A stretch of 40,638 nt of DNA from a candidate division TA06 bacterium SM23_40 (lineage in GTDB: Bacteria; LJUI01; SM1-40), in assembly GCA_001303705.1 (NCBI GenBank), contig LJUI01000046.1, forward strand, positions 1-40,638, written 5' to 3'. Made by a program: the position numbers and the translations under genes. Positions 37,034 to 40,638 of the stretch are shown here, one piece after another. The first letter of the stretch is position 1; every line of letters starts with the position of its first letter. The notes beneath the pieces are model-generated. The model had not been told where the DNA came from, did no database searches, and saw nothing but the letters and a program-made list of their open reading frames with translations.

Positions 37034-37525
37034 CTATTTCTGGGCTGCGAGGATCTCTTCGATCCTCTCGATGAACGAGTCGAGAGACATCCCGTATTCG
37101 ACCACACTGTTGGCGTGGTCAACTGTCGCTTTGCCCTGGTGCCAGCCGACCAGGTCCATCTCGGCATACTCCGAGGTGAGAAAGAGGACGGCGCGGTCCC
37201 CCACACCGAACCACGGAGTGTCGGAGACGGTGAGTGTGACGTCGCCCACTGTTCCACCCGGTATCCGGAACGTGAGCTCGTCAGCAACGTCTGGATTCTT
37301 GATGTACTCATCGACTGCGACAGTGATGCTGGTGTAGATGGTGCGGTGATCCGGAGTCCAACTCGATTCGACCTCGATTACCTCGCCGAGAACGATTCGC
37401 TCAGCCTCTGTCGTGAGGGCTGTGAGATCCTTATACTCCACAATGGCGAATGTGCTCTGGGCGAGGAGGACGATCAGAGTCACCACACCTATGCCGTGCA
37501 GCAAAGGGGAGAAGACACCTTTCAT
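37034..37525 (-). CDS. Small secreted protein of the type often found N-terminal to bacterial matrixins (possible TIMP/NTR-like OB fold)
   Basis: Signal peptide; L..LT.EAERIVLGEV, IYT.ITVAVDEYIK, IPGGTVG, TPWF.VGDRAVLFL; stop 10 nt upstream of the matrixin ATG. Confidence 0.75.
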   Translation of the reverse strand: MKGVFSPLLHGIGVVTLIVLLAQSTFAIVEYKDLTALTTEAERIVLGEVIEVESSWTPDHRTIYTSITVAVDEYIKNPDVADELTFRIPGGTVGDVTLTVSDTPWFGVGDRAVLFLTSEYAEMDLVGWHQGKATVDHANSVVEYGMSLDSFIERIEEILAAQK

Positions 37526-37652
37526 GATTCCGGCCCTCCTGTCTCACGTGATGAATAAGTAGCGGCACAACGCGGGCCCCTTCGTCTCGTCCGCACCACC
37601 GTATGGGCTTCCCAGCCTGTGCCGTGCCGTGCTGCGCCAACGACCCACCACT

Positions 37653-37682
37653 ATGATACCGTAGTTTAGAACCGCATGTCAA
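37653..37682 (-). promoter_or_regulatory. Putative promoter for the partner-matrixin operon
   Basis: Minus strand TTGACA, 18 nt, TATCAT. Confidence 0.6.
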
Positions 37683-37835
37683 GGAGAATCGTTCCCTCCA
37701 CCTCTCTTCTGGCCACTGAGTACGAGTCAGCACTCGAGAACCGGCGCAGATGTGTCTTACGGAGGGGTCGGGGAACTTCCGGAGTGCCGGGATGTTATTG
37801 GGTATGAGTAGAACGCGCTGGGTGGACTTTTTTTC

Positions 37836-37865
37836 TTGCCTTCACGACCTCAGTTGTGGTATAGT
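37836..37865 (+). promoter_or_regulatory. Putative promoter for the C1 peptidase
   Basis: TTGCCT, 18 nt, TATAGT with an extended -10 TG; T-rich tract upstream. Confidence 0.55.
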
Positions 37866-37977
37866 GATTGGGCAGTTAGGTATACTTGGAATCAGTCTGG
37901 GGGTGGTCGCATCGTTGGCGGCCGCGCCCGGCAGCGAATGGTGAGAGATGCCGTTTCTGGCCTGAAGGGAGGATATC

Positions 37978-39906
37978 GTGAGACAGGGAGTCGTTGCTGT
38001 GCTTTTCTCCGCTGCGTTTGTGCTGGCCTTCGTGGTCAGCATCGGTGCCGAGACGGCCTACTGGGCTGAGACGACTTCGCTGGACCTGTTGACTGAGGGG
38101 GTCGTCGATCCTGAGCGTGTGGCGGAGGCAGCCGAAGCCTGGATGGACGAGGCCGTGCAGCGGATGGAGCAGTTCGAGGCTGAGGGGGAGGCCGGCCCGA
38201 TCGAACGAGAGGTGCTGACGTTCAATCGAGGAGCTACGGCAGGCATGCCCAGGCTCATCTTCGGTGAAGATGGGCCCCTGGGCTGGTTTGTGCCGATGGT
38301 CAAGGACGGGGGGATCGTCGGGTTCTTCGTCTTCGATGCATACAGCGGTTCTCTCAAGGCGACGCCGTGGTGGGGGCCCGGCGGTACGGCCGGGATCAGC
38401 ATGCGCGAGCCCGAGTGGAATGAGCTCGAGGCCATCGTCGCTCCCTGGCTCGGCGCCCACGAGATCGATCAGGCCCGGCTCATCATAATCCCGCAGCGGG
38501 AGAGTGCAGTGCTCTATGTGGCGAGTCCGGGTCCGGCCGGCGTCGTCCGGGTCGACGTCAGTTCCCTGTGGAGCCGTGCGGGGCTGATCCCGCGCCTGCT
38601 CGAGGCCAGACCTCTGTTCGAGCACAAGGATGGGGTGCCACCTCGAGAGACGCGCGACAGCGCCCCGGCGGTGAGCGGGCACGGACGTGACCTGCTCGAC
38701 CTGCCGACGCAGTTCACCCTGGATGTGGTGCCGCAGGTGAAGGACCAGGCCGTGTACGGAAGCTGTACGGGCCACGCCGCCCACAGCGTGCGCGAGTGGT
38801 GGGAATGCGGGATGATCTGCTACGAGGGGACGGGTAACTCCGAACTGTACAGTTGCGACTGCCCCAAGGGATGGCAGGGTGACTGCGCATGCATCAGCAC
38901 GCTGTTGAGCCGCGAGTTCATGTACGATAGAGCACGGAGCCGGGGGGGAGACGACTGCCAGCTGGCGGGCTTCTGCGCATCACGATACTGTGCCCAGATC
39001 ACGTGCACCAATCTCTTGGTCACGGACGGGGACATGATGTCTGACAATCCCTACTGTGGTTCGTGTGGGGGTGCGGGTATTGATGAGGCCAAGACCGCGC
39101 TGCTCAGCGATGGCTGCTGTACGGATGCGTGTCAGCCCTATCCGGGATACGGGTACGCCGGGCCGCAGCACGCCGGGTGCACGAACGGCGGGAGGACCAC
39201 CTGCACCGGCGTCTGCCCGAACGTGGGCGATCCGTGTGGCGACGATTTCGTGCTCGCGGAGTCGTATCAGCTCTGGACGAAGGAAGATATCTACGATGCG
39301 CTGTACCACCGCGGGCCGAGCTTCTTCGGAGCCAATCTCTGTAACCCATGCTGGGTCTTCAGTTCGTGTATGTGTCACACCTGCCCGTGTACTCCGTGGG
39401 GAGGTCACGCCATGATGTTCTGCGGGTACAACAACGAGGGTTACACGCCTACATTCTATGTGCAGAACAGCTGGGGGACGAGTTGGGGCACGCAGGGAAG
39501 GGCGAATACCAGCCAGAATTGGTGGGAGCTTTTCCATCACAGCGGTGACACCTATGCGTTCCTCGGTGTGAAGATCCTCGACGTCACGCTCGAGCCCCAT
39601 AGCATTTCGTATCATCGAGGCGAGACACTCTCCTATACGGGAGAAGTGCGGAATCTCACTGATCAGCCACAGACCTTCTATATAGAGGCAAACGTGACGC
39701 TGCCGAACGGGAATCCGTACCCCAGGAATCCCGTCCTCGGTCCGATCCAGGTTACGCTCCAGCCGTACGCGGTGTTGAGCCGCGACCGCTCGCATTTCAT
39801 CCCGTACAGCGCACCGTTTGGCTTCTATGGATATAGTGTTGTAGCGTACAATCCGCCCAACACCGTGTACGACGAGGATAACTTCGGCTTCTCCGTTATG
39901 CCGTAG
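37978..39906 (+). CDS. Secreted papain-like (C1) cysteine peptidase, Cys-rich, with a C-terminal Ig-like domain
   Basis: Signal peptide, LPTQFTL, VKDQAVYGSCTGHA, GGHAMMFCGY, VQNSWGTSWG.QG; SD GGGAGG. Confidence 0.88.
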   Translation: MRQGVVAVLFSAAFVLAFVVSIGAETAYWAETTSLDLLTEGVVDPERVAEAAEAWMDEAVQRMEQFEAEGEAGPIEREVLTFNRGATAGMPRLIFGEDGPLGWFVPMVKDGGIVGFFVFDAYSGSLKATPWWGPGGTAGISMREPEWNELEAIVAPWLGAHEIDQARLIIIPQRESAVLYVASPGPAGVVRVDVSSLWSRAGLIPRLLEARPLFEHKDGVPPRETRDSAPAVSGHGRDLLDLPTQFTLDVVPQVKDQAVYGSCTGHAAHSVREWWECGMICYEGTGNSELYSCDCPKGWQGDCACISTLLSREFMYDRARSRGGDDCQLAGFCASRYCAQITCTNLLVTDGDMMSDNPYCGSCGGAGIDEAKTALLSDGCCTDACQPYPGYGYAGPQHAGCTNGGRTTCTGVCPNVGDPCGDDFVLAESYQLWTKEDIYDALYHRGPSFFGANLCNPCWVFSSCMCHTCPCTPWGGHAMMFCGYNNEGYTPTFYVQNSWGTSWGTQGRANTSQNWWELFHHSGDTYAFLGVKILDVTLEPHSISYHRGETLSYTGEVRNLTDQPQTFYIEANVTLPNGNPYPRNPVLGPIQVTLQPYAVLSRDRSHFIPYSAPFGFYGYSVVAYNPPNTVYDEDNFGFSVMP

Positions 39907-39942
39907 TACAGTTGTTGGCGCGCACAATATCAACTGATCGCT

Positions 39943-39983
39943 AGCAGGTCCGGGCACTCTAGAGAGGGCGGACCTGCTTTTTT
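39943..39983 (+). terminator. Rho-independent terminator
   Basis: AGCAGGTCCG/CGGACCTGCT stem followed by a T run. Confidence 0.8.
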
Positions 39984-40152
39984 CGTGCCGGGCGAGCCGG
40001 GCATGCGGGACGTGCGAGTCCTGTGCAGGCCGTGATAGCCGGAACCGCGAGTCCCCTTCCGCTCGATGCCGGTCTGACTCCACAGCGATTCCGCGCCGTT
40101 GGTTGTGTCTTCCGGGATGATGCAGGCATGGAGGCGGTCCGGCGGGGGAGCC

Positions 40153-40182
40153 TTGCCGGCAGACCGAGAGATGTGGTATGGT
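40153..40182 (+). promoter_or_regulatory. Putative promoter, same architecture as the one at 37836
   Basis: TTGCCG, 18 nt, TATGGT with TGTGG before the -10. Confidence 0.45.
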
Positions 40183-40291
40183 AGTGCAGCACTTGGCTCC
40201 GGGCAGCCAATCGAGAAGCGGTACGGAGGCAGTGACTGTGCGTGAGCGTACGCGCTCTGCGCCCTCGTACGCAGTGAGAAGGGAGGGCATC

Positions 40292-40638
40292 ATGGAACGG
40301 GGAGTCCGAGCAGCACTCATCTCCGCTGGTTTCGTCTTGACTATCGTCCTGGGTGCGGGCGCCGAGACGGCGTACCGGACTGAGGTGACTCCTGTTGCGA
40401 TGTTGACGCAGGGGATCGTCTGTCCCGAGGAGGTCATCGAGACAGCGCAGGGCTGGATTGACGAGACGGTGCAGCGGATGGAGCAGATGGTCGCCGGAGG
40501 GCAGGCCGGTCCGATCGAGAGGGAAATGCTCGCGTTCTATCGAGGAGCAACGGCCGGGACGCCCCGCCTCTTCTTCGGCCAGGAGGCGCCGCTCGGCTGG
40601 TTTGCTCCCGCGGTGAAGCGGGGCGACATCGTGGGTTT
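40292..40638 (+). CDS. Paralog of the C1 peptidase N-terminal region (3'-truncated by window; absent from the ORF track)
   Basis: MERGVRAALISAGFVLTIVLGAGAETAYRTEV...AGPIEREMLAFYRGATAGTPRLFFGQEAPLGWF aligns with MRQGVVAVLFSAAFVLAFVVSIGAETAYWAET...AGPIEREVLTFNRGATAGMPRLIFGEDGPLGWF. Confidence 0.9.
   Translation, partial: MERGVRAALISAGFVLTIVLGAGAETAYRTEVTPVAMLTQGIVCPEEVIETAQGWIDETVQRMEQMVAGGQAGPIEREMLAFYRGATAGTPRLFFGQEAPLGWFAPAVKRGDIVG

Noticed and set aside
39364-39390. Heme c motif in the C1 peptidase
   Set aside because: The sequence is CMCH (CxCH), not CxxCH.
1-40638. Prophage, IS or integrative element, including at tRNA-Gln
   Set aside because: No integrase, transposase or phage genes, and no duplicated tRNA 3' end seen.

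Overview
GC-rich bacterial chromosomal segment with no integrase, transposase or CRISPR array. Outer-membrane and LPS-related genes (DUF3078 barrel, gmhA) and a 2-oxoacid:ferredoxin oxidoreductase suggest a diderm anaerobe, possibly an FCB-related candidate phylum (inference only). Gene order: alaS 3' end; M14 peptidase/deacylase; methyltransferase-ATP-grasp fusion; mscL; OFOR alpha/beta; membrane protein; two GNATs; DUF3078; archaeal-like geranylgeranyl reductase and GGGP synthase; rmlA-like; rfbD; broken gmhA; ispE-tRNA-Gln-prs-rplY-pth-hppA-ychF-rpsF-ssb-rpsR-rplI; TldD (Tat signal) and TldE; a non-coding stretch with two tandem arrays and an orphan promoter-structured RNA-terminator unit; DUF401; CRR6-like; AIR-synthase-like; methyltransferase; bactofilin-domain membrane protein; GT-C/TPR; and a cluster of secreted proteases (matrixin with a small partner, a Cys-rich papain-like protease, and the start of its paralog). 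Top leads: (1) a candidate ~145-nt sRNA with twin CGCCACCU loops resembling the 16S anti-Shine-Dalgarno tail; (2) an archaeal-type ether-lipid gene pair in a bacterium; (3) a C-terminal domain shared by unrelated secreted proteases; (4) an M14 peptidase plus methyltransferase-ATP-grasp module; (5) a probably Tat-exported TldD/E. All calls come from motifs read by eye; no searches were run.
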